A stretch of 64,000 nucleotides of DNA from assembly GCA_951406725.2 (NCBI GenBank), contig OX597814.1, forward strand, positions 214,892,001 through 214,956,000, read 5' to 3'. A program made the translations under genes and the position numbers. Below, one piece after another: positions 12,370 through 26,007 of this stretch. Source of the DNA: Octopus vulgaris. Taxonomy: Eukaryota. The notes under the pieces are model-generated. The model had not been told where the DNA came from. It made no database searches and worked only from the letters and a program-made list of their open reading frames with translations. How positions within the stretch are numbered: the first letter of the stretch is position 1; each line of letters starts with the position of its first letter.

Positions 12370-12800
12370 AAATACGTGAGATATAAGTGAAATATTTACT
12401 CAAACCCACGGAAAAAGCAAGCACCAAGTCCCGAGCAGACCTAAGTACCCCAAATATATCCAAAATAGAAAAATCTTCGGCATTAGAATTTTTTCCTTTG
12501 CCCTTATCTTGTAAATTATTTATAAATTTTAACCTTTAAAGGTATTTTTTGATATGCTGGCCATTGATAAAATTTTTTTCCCGAAAAAAATTTTATTCTA
12601 CATTAAGTTATAAATTGAATAGTGTTCACTTCCGGATTCTCTCATTCTGTGAAAGTTTCTAGTTCGAATCACACGTGTCTCGAGATGTGCCGAAGATTTT
12701 TCTATTTTGGATATATTTGGGGTACTTAGGTCTGCTCGGGACTTGGTGCTTGCTTTTTCCTTGGGTTTGAGTAAGTATTTCACTTATATCTCGCGTATTT

Positions 12801-12853
12801 GCCGCTGAAGAGGGGAAATTTCTTAATTAACCCCAAAATTGGACCAATACGGT
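12801..12853 (+). ncRNA. Hammerhead motif copy with G12>A (AAAA for GAAA), probably inactive
   Basis: GCCG CTGAAGA GGGG...CCCC AAAA TTGGACCAA TA CGGT. Confidence 0.6.
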
Positions 12854-13074
12854 AATAACGAATTTTTTAGAGATTTCTATCGGTTTGTTTCGAGACGCAT
12901 AAATTATAATGGTTATTGCAATGTTTTGTCTTTTTTTTCGGTATATTTGGCATTCGAATTTTTCTTTTGCCCTTATCTTGTAAATTATTTATAAATTTTA
13001 GCCTTTAAAGGTATTTTTTGATATGCTGGCCATTGATAAAATATTTTTCCCGAAAAAATTTTTATCCTACATTA

Positions 13075-13183
<109 letters not shown>

Positions 13184-13341
13184 GCAAATGTCGATCTTTG
13201 GGAGTGAATGTCCGACACGGCATTGGTGGATAAAATTTCATCATTTGTGTATTACGGCTATCATTCGTTTCATTGTTAAGAACATTTTTTTAAAGCCATT
13301 CTCGTAGAGGAATGGTGTTCGCCTCCAATTTTGATTTTTCT

Positions 13342-13380
<39 letters not shown>

Positions 13381-13385
13381 TTTAT

Positions 13386-13437
<52 letters not shown>

Positions 13438-13445
13438 ATAAACAC

Positions 13446-13975
13446 ACGTGGGTCTGCTGAAAAGTTCTTAGGCTGACCAAGATACTCTCATCGAATGTGA
13501 TGAAATGAAGTTTATTTTCCACCATAGTCTACCTTGCGGTCCGCACACTTCTTCCATCAGAGTTACAGCGCTTGGATCCTTTTGATGAAGAAACTTTAAT
13601 CTTGTTTGTCGCAAATGTCATGCAAAGCAGATATGACGTCACCATCATTGCGTCATAGATTCCAGACAAGTACTTTTTCGTGTCGGGGAACAGGTGAGAG
13701 TCATATGGGCCCAAATCAGGAGAATAGGGCTGCTGACCAATCAGTTCAAAGCCACAACCAAGCACAACAGCTACTGAAACGAAGGACTTGTGTGCTAGAG
13801 CATTGTCCTGATGAAACAAGACTCCTTTCGTCAGTTTCCCTGGGAGTTTGGTCTCGATAGCCTTTCGTAACTGCCTCAGCAAGTTGGCATAATACTCTCC
13901 ATTGATGGTGTGGTCCTTCTGAACATAGTCAATAAACACATGCCTTTTGCATCCCCAAAAACTGAGGCCATCACT
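13446..13975 (-). mobile_element. Mariner transposase C-terminal fragment with 3' TIR
   Basis: ORF 13529-13939: GEYYANLLRQLRKAI, LFHQDNA, PYSPDL (mariner YSPDL motif). Confidence 0.9.
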
Positions 13976-14384
13976 GAGGCTGCTGTATTAAAGAACAATG
14001 ACATTTAAGTTTGATTACATTTTTAAAACTAAGACCAATAAAAATCTTTCCCTAAATTTTCAAACAAGGTCTCCACTTGCTGGAATTTATTTTTTTGTAT
14101 TTGGAAGTCCAAAATGCTGTCTTCATTTGGTCATAATGTTTTAACGTTCACAAATTCAAATGATTCGCCGGGCATTGCAGCAATCATATGAAATTTCTAT
14201 GCTACCTTAGCGTGCGGTCTACAGAACTATCTGTAGTCTGTGCTGTGAAATGACCTGAACTGGATTAGGGTTAGGCTTACTATAAAATTATAGACTGGAA
14301 ACTAAGTAGACCAAGGTGTCTTAGTACTTCCTCGTGTCTACAAAAGAAATGTTGTTCTTCATGAACTTCATTGTGAATCTTCAT

Positions 14385-14530
14385 GTTTTGAGTGCAAATT
14401 CCGACGAGGTCGACTTTGCTTTCATTCTCCTCGGGGTCGACAAAATCATAACGAGTTAAGCCCTGGGGTCAATGTAATCGATTTATTCCCTCCTCAAAAT
14501 TGTTGGCCTTGTGCCAAAATTTGAAACCAT
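14385..14530 (+). mobile_element. SINE family A, diverged
   Basis: GAGTGCAAATTCCGACGAGGTCGACTTTGCTTTCAT...GGGGTCAATGTAATCGA. Confidence 0.7.
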
Positions 14531-14777
14531 TATTTACTTATCCTAATTTTGTTTGTGGTTTTAAGTTTCAATTTCATAGGCTTTGGAAAACATTTTAGAG
14601 AAATTTCGATGTCGATAAACAACTTCAGTTTACTTTGTTGAATAGATTTAAAATATATTTCATAAATTCGTTTCTGGTGTTATTAGAAGACACACATTCT
14701 CATATATTCCATACATACACACACATGCACACGCGAACACACACATACACACACACACGCACACAGACATACACGCA

Positions 14778-14920
14778 TAGTGGTGTAGCTAGAGAGTGTA
14801 CCCTCCGGAGGCCTTGAGTTCGCTGCCCATCGTCTCGCCTCCTATACAAGCTTATACAGCTGACCCATAAAAACTCCGCCCGTAGCGGAACGCTTCCTCA
14901 CCCCACTAGCTACGCCACTG
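14778..14920. mobile_element. Small MITE in (CA)n
   Basis: TIRs TAGTGGTGTAGCTAG and CTAGCTACGCCACTG. Confidence 0.6.
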
Positions 14921-15207
14921 CACACACACGCACACACCTGCACTCACCCCCCAAACATATTTACACAAAACACATTCCAAGTAATTTTCACAATACGGTT
15001 ACAATTAATATTTCTAGGTTTTCTCTGATTTGTGTTTATTGGTTAGGCTGATGAATTACATGTCTGAATGTGTAATATAATGTGGTTACAAATGAGCAAA
15101 AAAATATACGCTTTTGCTTAGGTTATTGTTATGGAAATGAATTTCCTCGTGAACTCGCTGGGAAGTTGGCCTTATTTATTGTCTTCCTAATATTTTCAAG
15201 TGACCTA

Positions 15208-15400
15208 TGGCGATGAGCTGGCAAAATTTTTAGCATGCTGGACAAAATACTTAGCAACATTTTTCCGGCTTTGGGTCGACTTTACGTTTCATCCTTTCGG
15301 GATCGATAAAATAAGTACCAGTTGAGCACTAGGGTCGATGTAATCGACTTAACCCTCTCCCATGAAATTGCTGGCTTTGTGCCAAAATTCTAAACTAATA
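15208..15400 (+). mobile_element. SINE family A, diverged
   Basis: GGCGATGAGCTGGCAAAA head; TTTCATCCTTTCGGGATCGATAAAATAAGTACCAG. Confidence 0.75.
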
Positions 15401-15733
15401 TTTTCATGTGACTTCACTGCCAGCGATAGAAATGTATTTCGGAAACTAAAGGTACGCTAAGATACACGAAACAGATAACGAATTAGGGGTGTATATACGC
15501 TATACGCTGTCTCCGTGAGTTGAGAAAGTGAAGAACTCATCGTCTTTCTGCTTACCCATCTTATTTCTGTCATTGTTTAGCGCTTATTCAGATCCGTGTA
15601 GAATAAACAAACAATTATACAGGCGAATATCTTCGGTGACTGTTTGCTTCATACGTTTCGTAAACCACTGACCCCCACCCACCAAAAAGTGTGAAATTGT
15701 TTACTGGATATCTTCTGTAAAACATACTGTAAT

Positions 15734-15979
15734 GAATGGTTGTATACTGTCAATCTAACAAGAACGTGACAGTAGGGGGTACACCACCGCTGTATAGCCC
15801 TAGGAAGCATCGAACGCCTCCTGATGGCTTTGACACATTTTACCCTGTGTCCTTATATACATATACGAAGAAAAATGTGTCAAAGCCATCAGGAGGCGTT
15901 CGATGCTTCCTAGGGCTATACAGCGGTGGTGTACCCCCTACTGTCACGTTCTTGTTAGATTGACAGTATACAACCATTC
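15734..15979. repeat. Perfect fold-back palindrome, arms about 108 bp with a 30 nt loop
   Basis: 15734-15841 is the exact reverse complement of 15872-15979 by eye. Confidence 0.95.
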
Positions 15980-16147
15980 TGTCGCCCCACCACCGTACAT
16001 GTCTCTACGAGAGATTTAGAAATTCAATATTTCTTATACTGTAATGCTTAGCATTAAAAGCAACTGTGGATAACACTTCAGAGGGCTAATTCTTTTATGC
16101 TTGATTAAGCATGATTGATGTGTTTATGAATGAATGTGAGTGTGCAC

Positions 16148-16603
16148 CAGTGCTAGATTAACCCATTAAACAAAATAAGCACGTTCTTGGGGCATCAAGG
16201 GACAGGGGCGACACAGAAATGAAAATGGTTTACGGCACGAAAGAAATCACTCTAAACTTGCTGTGACAATATTCGTAACGTCTTATCTCTACTAAGTGTA
16301 GAAGCGGAAGTTTTACGTAAAATTAATTTTAACGGCATCATCGAACAGTTTGCAAAAAAAAAAAAAAGAAAATGAAAGAGAAAACATTTAAATATAAATA
16401 AATTGGAAGCATACAAAAATAAGCATTATTTTCCATGTTTCTGTGAATTTTGTTTCATTTTCAAAATTAAAGAATTGTTTAATGGTTTATCATCGCTTGC
16501 ATTTTGAATTATTTTTGTTTACATTTTGAACCATTTACATAAACTTAAGGGCACCAAAACCTTTTAAGTGCTTCGGGCCTCTATGGGTCTTAATACGGTC
16601 CTG
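16148..16603 (+). mobile_element. Internally deleted hAT element
   Basis: Imperfect TIRs CAGTGCTAGATTAA and TTAATACGGTCCTG. Peptide NVLSLLSVEAEVLRKINFNGIIEQFAKKKKRK matches the end of the hAT dimerisation domain. Confidence 0.7.
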
Positions 16604-16793
16604 GCGTGTGTGTGTGTGTGTGTGTGTGTGCACGCACACACACTCACTCACACACATATATATATATTGGAATGTAATATATATAGAGAGATTTTTGACC
16701 CCTAGAATTGACCCCCTGTAAAGAGTCTAAGTCTGAATTATTGGACCACTACTGTCTTCTATACTGAGAATTCTTGTTAATCATCTGTTGACA

Positions 16794-16841
<48 letters not shown>

Positions 16842-16847
16842 ATATAT

Positions 16848-17205
16848 GGGCGCAGGAGTGGCTGTGTGGTAAGTAGCTTGCTTACCAACCACATGGTTCA
16901 GGGTTCATTCCCACTGCGTGGCACCTTGGGCTGACCAAAGCCTTGTGAGTGGATTTGGTAGAATGAAACTGAAAGAAGCCTGTCGAATGTGTGTGTATAT
17001 TTTTGTGTGTCTGTGTTTGTCCCCCCAACATCGCTTGACAACTAATGCTGGTGTATTTACGTCCCCGTAATCTAGCGGTTCGGCAAAAGAGACTGAGAGA
17101 ATAAGTACTAGGCTTCCGAAGAATAAGTCTTGGAGTCGATTTGCTCGACTAAAGGCGTTGCTCCGGCATAGCCGCAGTCAAATGACTGAAACAAGTAAAA
17201 GAGCA
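16848..17205 (+). mobile_element. SINE family B
   Basis: Full head and tail with a small internal deletion. Confidence 0.9.
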
Positions 17206-17227
17206 AAGAGAGAGTATATATATATAT

Positions 17228-17292
<65 letters not shown>

Positions 17293-17765
17293 GAGAAGGA
17301 GGAGGAGAGTGAAAGAGAGAGGGAGAAAGAAAGAGAAAGGGGCAGGAGAAGAGGAGAGAGTAGTTGAAAGATAATGATCACTTATTACATATGTCAGACA
17401 TTACTGCATTTGTACTTAACATACCGAACGCTCTCCTAAAGTAGTTTAGCTCGGCAATATTGTCGGTCAGTGTTTATATTGATCAGTGTTATTCCAATAT
17501 CTAAACAATGAAATATCTAAACTTCTCAAGTGCTAGTTTTATTCAGAAACGAACTTGCTAAATACACCATCCTCAAAAAACATGAAATTATTTAGGCAAC
17601 ATTTACATTTTTAGTAACCGATCGCATTTTCATAGGTCAAAAACAAGCTACCGACAAGACACAAGCTTGGTTGCATGGTTAAAAAGTTCGCTTCACTAAC
17701 CATATATGCCTCCAGGTTCAGTTCTACTGCATTACACCTTGGGTATTGTCTTCTGTAGAGGCGAA

Positions 17766-17970
17766 ACCTATTTCTTTACTACTCACAAGGGACTAAACAC
17801 AGAGAGAACAAACAAGGACAGACAAACGGATTAAGTCGATTACATCGACGCCAGTGTTTCACTGGTACTTAATTTATCGACCCCGAAAGGATGAAAGGCA
17901 AAGTCGACCTCGGCGGAATTCGAACTCAGAACGTAACCGCAGACGAAATACCGCTAAGCATTTCGCCCGA
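17766..17970 (-). mobile_element. SINE family A
   Basis: Same body as 897-1134. Confidence 0.9.
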
Positions 17971-17994
17971 CTAATGTCTTGCGAGTGAATTTGA

Positions 17995-18245
17995 TAGGCG
18001 GGACTTAGTAGAAGCCTATTGCGACTATAGGACGAGGAGGCTGGATAGCTACGTGTTGGCCAGACGTCGTTGTTGGTGACTCGGTCAGTGTACTTGATGG
18101 CCAGGATTCTTCTAGAGCACCTGTCTGGAGTAGATGCTCCAGGCCTCACTGTCCTAAAACGGTGTGCTGCGGACACAAGCACTATCGATAGACGGTGACC
18201 TTGGGATACGTTAGCTAGTTGTTTTCTCAGACACTCTTTGTCTGG
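17995..18245 (-). mobile_element. RTE LINE fragment
   Basis: DRCSRRILAIKYTDRVTNNDV resembles the RTE post-RT motif RCLRRILxIxWxDxVxNxxV. Confidence 0.6.
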
Positions 18246-18247
18246 GA

Positions 18248-18285
<38 letters not shown>

Positions 18286-18594
18286 TATAATTTACAAAAT
18301 AAGGGCAAAAGAAAAATTTAATGCCAAATATGCCGAAAAAAAGACAAAAATTTTCAATAACCATTATAATTTATGCGTCTCAAAATAAACCGATTTCTAT
18401 CGGTTTGTTTCGAGACGCATAAATTATAATGGTTATTGACAATTTTTGTCTTTTTGTCGGCATATTTGGCATTAGAATTTTTCTTTTGCCCTTATTCTGT
18501 AAATTATTTATAAATTTAACCTTTAAAGGTATTTTTTTGATATGCTGGCCATTGATAAAAATTTTTTTCCCGAAAAAATTTTATCCTACATTAG

Positions 18595-18596
<2 letters not shown>
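18286..18596 (+). mobile_element. Second copy of the 12181 PLE-type family, as a fold-back in (TA)n
   Basis: 18286-18394 is inverted against about 18399-18508. Same 3' end CCTACATTA. Confidence 0.8.
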
Positions 18597-18629
<33 letters not shown>

Positions 18630-18634
<5 letters not shown>

Positions 18635-19044
18635 TTTACTCTTTTACTTGTTTCAGTCATTTTGACTGCGGCCATGCTGGAGCACCGCCTTTAGTCGAGC
18701 AAATAGACCCTGGGACTTATTCTTTGTAAGCCCAGTGTTTATTCTATCGGTCTCTTTTGCCGAACCGCTAAGTGAGGGGGACGTAAACACACCATCATCG
18801 GTTGTCAAGCAATGCTTGGGGGACAAACACAGACACACAAACACACACACACACACACATATATATATCTATCTATATATACACATACATACGACAGGCT
18901 TCTTTCAGTTCCCGTCTACCAAATCCACTCACAAGGCATTGGTCGGCCCGGGGCTATAGCAGAAGACACTTGCCCAAGATGCCACGCAGTGGGACTGAAC
19001 CCGGAACCATGTGGTTGGTTAGCAAGCTACTTACCACACAGCCA
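18630..19044 (-). mobile_element. SINE family B
   Basis: Family sequence match. Confidence 0.9.
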
Positions 19045-19114
19045 TATTATATGTATATATATATATATATGTACATATATATATACATATATACATACAC
19101 ACACACACATATAT

Positions 19115-19173
<59 letters not shown>

Positions 19174-19177
19174 CATA

Positions 19178-19830
19178 CCTGCTACAATACACATACACCA
19201 GTACGCGTATTGTATCTTATGATGGTCCTTTTACCAATGAAACACACACTCTAATTGTTTCACTGCTTTTCGTTATTATTGTGCAAATAATAAACCAAAT
19301 AACGAAAGAAATGCTCGATTGTTTAATTAATCGTTGGATCAGTCAGTCTATTATATGGTTTGTTTGAGCTCTTTCTTTCGCCATGCCCGACATCACGCAT
19401 ATCTTGCCCTTATTGTATCAGACCTGTCCTGTTGTATCCAAAATGGGTCACTTGGCTTTTGTTGCCTTATATATAATGTTTGTGATATGTGTAAATGAAA
19501 TTGTTAGTGCATGTATGTAAAGTGGCATCTGAGTATATGTGTACATAGGTGTGTATATATATGTGTATATGTGAATATATGCGAGTCGGATTTGATTTTC
19601 TCTCTTTTATTTCTATGAATAAGGTTTGCACCAGCAGAATGTGCGTGCGTGCGTGCGTGCGTGTGTGTGTATGCGCCCGCGGTTTTGCGTGTGTATGCGC
19701 TAGCCGTCTAATAGCTTCTAATGGCTAGGTCACTGTTTTTTTAACTATGTCTTATTTTTATTCATATCTCACAAGGGAATAACAAATTCAACCACAAAAC
19801 CTATTTATTTCTCACTCTGTTATAGAATGC
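19178..19830. repeat. Unclassified ~620 bp repeat, copy 1
   Basis: Diverged direct repeat of 21123-21790. Confidence 0.85.
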
Positions 19831-20214
19831 TATTCATACACACACATGGGCATACGCAACCATACAGACACATACGCAGATATGTGTATACGCACATACA
19901 TGCATACATACAGACGTACATAGCGTATAAATATATACATATATGTGTATATATATACATACGCACATACATACATACTTAGATACACACAGAGGCTCAC
20001 ATATATATACATACATATATAAGTATGTATATATATACGTATATATATATGTATATATATATATGTATATGTATATATGTATATGTATATGTATATATAT
20101 ATATATATACCGGAGTAAACACATAAATGTGAAACAAGGTGGAAAAAAAGAGTACTCAAATACCAGTGGTAGAGTAATATGCTTTATTTAAAGCAGCAGA
20201 AAATTCAACAAAAC

Positions 20215-20252
20215 CTGTTACTCTGAGTTTCACGTTGCCGTTCGTCGGACAG
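20215..20252 (-). ncRNA. Minimal type I hammerhead-like motif, core CCGACGA
   Basis: CUGU CCGACGA ACG-GCAA-CGU GAAACUC-A-GAGUA ACAG: all three stems pair, GNRA loop on stem II, GUA site. Confidence 0.7.
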
Positions 20253-20263
20253 TTTTTGCTAAA

Positions 20264-20301
20264 CTGTCCGACGAACGGCAATGTGAAACTCAGAGTAACA
20301 G
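20264..20301 (+). ncRNA. Minimal type I hammerhead-like motif (inverted twin)
   Basis: CTGT CCGACGA ACG GCAA TGT GAAACTC A GAGTA ACAG. Confidence 0.68.
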
Positions 20302-20397
20302 GTTTTGTTGAATTTTCTGCTGCTTTAAATAAAGTATATATATATACACATTCATACACACACACACAGACTCACACATATACACACATATATATAA

Positions 20398-21030
20398 GTA
20401 CACATTTCACTAAATTTTGTACGACTTTTTCAAATCTTTCTCTCCACTCTCTCTCACATTTCTTTGTCTTTCTTACTCAGTTTTCACTTCACTATGTCCC
20501 TGTCTCTCTCTTTTTCACTCCACTCCTTGATTCTTCAGTCTATCTACTTCTACACTCTCTCTCTCTCTTCTCCTCTTCTTAATTCCTTTGTTCCTATTTT
20601 GCTCTCTCTTCTCTTCCCACGTGACCGTTGGCCGACTGCTGACCCTTTTGCGTTTGATTGTGGTCACTGCCACGTCGACACTCTTCCCTCTGCCGTAAGG
20701 CTTCATTTCCATACACGCCAGCTGAATTCAATTCGTCCCCAGTCGAAAGATGCCTGTTGTTATGTCCTGTTATTATTATTTATAATATTTTTTAATTGTA
20801 TTTTGTATTTATATTCGTGTAACATCGTCTGCTTTTCCGTCCTTGTTTCGTTTACATTCGTTGCTTTTTTCCAAGGAATCTAATGATTGGAGCAATCTCA
20901 AGATTAATCAGCCGAAATTGCGAGGATGATCCGGTTCTTGACTGAAGATAAAAGGCTGGATGTTTTGTTGTCCCCTTTTGTATCACCTCGTTGTCCGGAT
21001 GTTTTGCGTTCTTGTCACATTTTGTATTTT
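20398..21030 (+). mobile_element. PLE-type non-coding repeat, related to 45478-46581
   Basis: Shares GATTAATCAGCCGAAATTGC...GACTGAAGAT and TTTTGCGTTCTTGTC with the reverse complement of 45478-45815. Ends in (TA)n. Confidence 0.55.
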
Positions 21031-21043
21031 ATATATATATACG

Positions 21044-21121
<78 letters not shown>

Positions 21122-21122
21122 C

Positions 21123-21790
21123 ATACTACAATTCAGATACACCAGTACAAGTATTGTATCTTATGATGGTCATTTTGCCAATGAAACACTCATTCTAACT
21201 GTTTCACTCCTTTACATTATTATTGGAGAAATGATTAACCAATTAACCAACGGAGTACTCGATTGTTTAATTAATCGTTGGATCAGTCAGTCTATTACAT
21301 GGTTTGTTTGAGCTCCTTTTTTCGCCATGCCCGACATCACGCATATCTTGCCCTTATTATTTCAGACCTGTCCTGTTGTATCCAAAATGGGTCACTTGGC
21401 TTTTGTTTCCTTATATACAGTGTTTGTGATCTGTGTAAATGAAATTGTTAGCGCATGTATGTACGGTGGCATCTCAGTATATGTGTACATAGGTGTGTGT
21501 ATATATGTATATATGTGAGTATATGCGAGTCGGATTTGATTTTCTCTCTTTTATTTCTATGAATAAGGTTTGCACCAGCAGAATATGTTTGAGTGTGTGC
21601 GTGTGTATTGGTGCGCTAGTGTGCGCGTTTGCGTGCGTACGTGCTAGCCTAATAGCTTCTAATGGCTAAGTCGCCGTTGTTAACTGCGTCTTATCTTATT
21701 CATATCTCACAGGATAATAATGAATTCATCCACATACATCTGCATGAATATGTAAGCATTTATACAGACACATACACAGATATGTATATG
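21123..21790. repeat. Unclassified ~620 bp repeat, copy 2
   Basis: Direct repeat of 19178-19830. Confidence 0.85.
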
Positions 21791-21811
21791 CATACAGTTA
21801 TATATATACAC

Positions 21812-22575
<764 letters not shown>

Positions 22576-22598
22576 ATATACATACATACATACATACA

Positions 22599-22679
<81 letters not shown>

Positions 22680-22721
22680 CAGCATGAATTTGTCAGTGTA
22701 CAGGTCGCGGTCTCAAAGCGA

Positions 22722-22765
<44 letters not shown>

Positions 22766-22768
22766 GAT

Positions 22769-22810
<42 letters not shown>

Positions 22811-22951
22811 CGCATAGCTGTGTGGTAAGTATGCTTGACCAACCACACACACAACTGCGTGCACCCTGGGCAAGTGTCTTGTACTATAGCCTCGGGCCGA
22901 CCAAACCCTTGTGAGTGGAATTGGTAGACGGAAACTGAAAGAAGCCCTTCG

Positions 22952-23000
<49 letters not shown>

Positions 23001-23199
23001 CTGTGTGTCTGTGTGTATATGTGTTTGTATGACTGTGTTTGTCCTCCCCCCTCTCCCAATGTTGGTGTGTTTACTTCCTCGTAACTTAGCGGTTCGGCAG
23101 ATAGAGACCGATAAAATAAGTACTAGGGATCAATTTGTTCGACTAAAGGCGGTGCTCCAGCATGGCCGCAGTCAAACGACTGAAACAAATAAAAGAATA
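22811..23199 (+). mobile_element. SINE family B, diverged
   Basis: Family sequence match. Confidence 0.85.
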
Positions 23200-23252
23200 A
23201 ACGAAGACGAAGAATATATTATCTATATCTATGTATATATATGTGTGTGTGT

Positions 23253-23301
<49 letters not shown>

Positions 23302-23359
23302 ATATTTCGGAATGGTCACATTGCCAGTTGTAATAAAAACACACATATATATTTAAACG

Positions 23360-23412
<53 letters not shown>

Positions 23413-23421
23413 TATATATAC

Positions 23422-23516
<95 letters not shown>

Positions 23517-23567
23517 TTATAATATATATATAATTGGCGTAAGAGTGGCTGTGTGGTAAGTAGCTTC

Positions 23568-24548
23568 CACCACGGCCTCAAGACGACTCCGGAACCGGGC
23601 GCGTGCTTTTCTCACTATTTCTCTGATCTTTGAACATCTTGATCCTAGCCACTCGATCGGCCTCGGTATTGCAGACAGAGTGGTTGGTGTCTTTCTTAAC
23701 TACAAGCCATACACACTAACCCATAGCATTGCAATCGGGAAATTAGGAGGCCAGAAATTGGGGCTAGTGAAGTCAGAAATTCTCCGACAGCACTTCTAAC
23801 TCTTTCCGGGAGTGTGCACGGAATATGAATACCTATTTCTTTACAACCCACAAGGGGCTAAACACAGAGAGTACAAACAAGGACAGACAAACGGATTAAG
23901 TCGATTACATCGACCCCAGTACGTAATTGGTACTTATTTAATCGACCCCGAAAGGATGAAAGGCAAAGTCGACCTCGGTGGAATTTGAACTCAGAACGTA
24001 GCGGCAGACGAAATACGGCAACGCATTTCGCCCGGCGTGCTAACGTTTCTGCCAGTTCACCGCCTTTGGAATACGAACACCACTGCCACAGATACGTCCG
24101 GTAGCAACCCTCTCCAGCTGGAGATTGACTAGTCTCCAGCAGCTCCACATAGCCGTTTGAAGTGTGCTTAAGGTCCTGTTCAAATACGTGGGGTTCTATT
24201 CCGGAGTACAGACGCGGTCAGAGCGCCTGCTGTGTCCTTTCCTGCTGCTCACGGCTTAGCAGTCTCCGTTAAAGCTGTCCATGTCACGTCTTACAACCTT
24301 TAAAGTGTTCACAGAGCATTGAAAAGCAGTCATGATGTCGGTATTTATATTCCCAGCGCAAATCAAGATGATACAGGAAACACTTTTCCAATATTCAGAT
24401 GACTTCCAATCCTCCATGTCAGTCAACTTCTTCTCAGCTGCAACTTTAATCTTTATGCCCTCCAACGCCATTGACTCTTCACCAATACGTCAAGATGTTC
24501 CTGAAGAAAAGAGATAAATAATCGTTAAATTTAGCCCGAACACCCTGT
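23568..24548 (-). mobile_element. Degraded Tc1/mariner-superfamily element (maT/DD37D-like), interrupted by a SINE
   Basis: TA|CAGGGTG terminus at about 24547; HTH-like N-terminal peptide; frameshifted WPPNxPDxNxMxxxVW motif near 23755-23700. Confidence 0.6.
23828..24066 (-). mobile_element. SINE family A, full length
   Basis: Family match; imperfect TSD GGAATA(T/C)GAA. Confidence 0.9.
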
Positions 24549-26007
24549 GTATATATGTATATACACACACGTATACATACATACATACAACATACATACA
24601 TGTACGCACACACATACTCACGCACACACACAAACATACACAGACACACACAGAGACAGACACCCACACACACACCCACACACACCCACACGCAGATATA
24701 GACACTCGCGTGCAGACTCATATCAACCCAAACGTATGATATTCATATCCGGGTTTGCTTTAACTGACATTAACAATTTTTATTTTATTTTATTTTTGTC
24801 ACTATCCCTCTTAGGTGAAAGTTTATATTAGTAGTAAAGACATGTACTTGCGTCTAATCAAGAAAACGGCAATTTGATCTAAATCTTTGCATCGCGAACG
24901 TTTGAAGGATAATTGCTTTTGCTATATGCAGAAAACTGCGATTAACATATTGTTTTTGTTTATATTGTCATATTCCTAGATTCTATACTTAAGATGCTTT
25001 CAGTTACTTGCATTATTGATTACTTGAAATAGGGAAGAGAGCTATTACTTCAACAATTCTGTCGTTAATAAGATTCGCCATTCTTTATTTTACAATAAGT
25101 TACTATCCATTATCTTGTTCAAATTCGATATTTATGTCCGGTGATAATGTAACAACGTTTCTGCGCTGATGCCCGAACTATTATTAGAAGATGCTATGAG
25201 TTCTTGATTGAAAAAAAGCACTGGTTAGAGTCTTTATTTTTCTATTCTCAGAACCCGGCGGCCATACGTCATTTTAATTTTCTCAGCTCAAATGACAGAA
25301 GACTAGGGATATGATCCTTACCAGGTTCACATTTCTCTTTACATTCAATTTCGGAATATTAGATTAAGATTTGATCCATATCAGGATAAACGTTTAAGAA
25401 AACATCATAGATTTCCTTACAATGTTTGACATATCTACAAAGTGTTTCTTGCATTCATAGAGAGTGAGTAGGCACATTATTTTATGCTGTATTGTAATCA
25501 TGTTTCATATTTTTGCATTATGTTAGAAGATGTTTTACAAGATACTAGCAGATATAAGAAATAAGAAATAATGTAGCAATATTGATGGTAGCGATAAAAA
25601 CAACGATAAAAACCTGCCAAATAACTTCAATAACACCGGAACCAGAAATGATAAAAACCTCAAAAATAACAATGTCATGACAAGTGATAACAACAGAGTA
25701 CCGCTGCCAGCAGCAAGTCCCCCAACTCATACATCCATGAGTAACATTATGACCGATACCACCACTACCAGCTCAAAAACAACGATCACAAAAATACGGA
25801 AGCTGAGACTAGCAAATCCAACATGGCTAGTAGCTCAACTCTTGCTACGTTTGAAACTAAGGCTGTACAATTGCTTTCGCTAGGATCTAGCAGAGGAAAA
25901 CAACTTGCCTTCCCAGCTAAACAAAAACGGCGTGGCGATTTTCAAAAGACTTTAGCCGATGGCTAGATCCACCTCACAACTGCAGCTTAGACACTCACTC
26001 TTTCTCT

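Larger units (their letters stand above)
20110..20334. mobile_element. PLE-type fold-back (arms 20182-20255 and 20261-20334) with a hammerhead motif in each arm
   Basis: Near-perfect palindrome embedded in TA-rich microsatellite. Confidence 0.8.
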
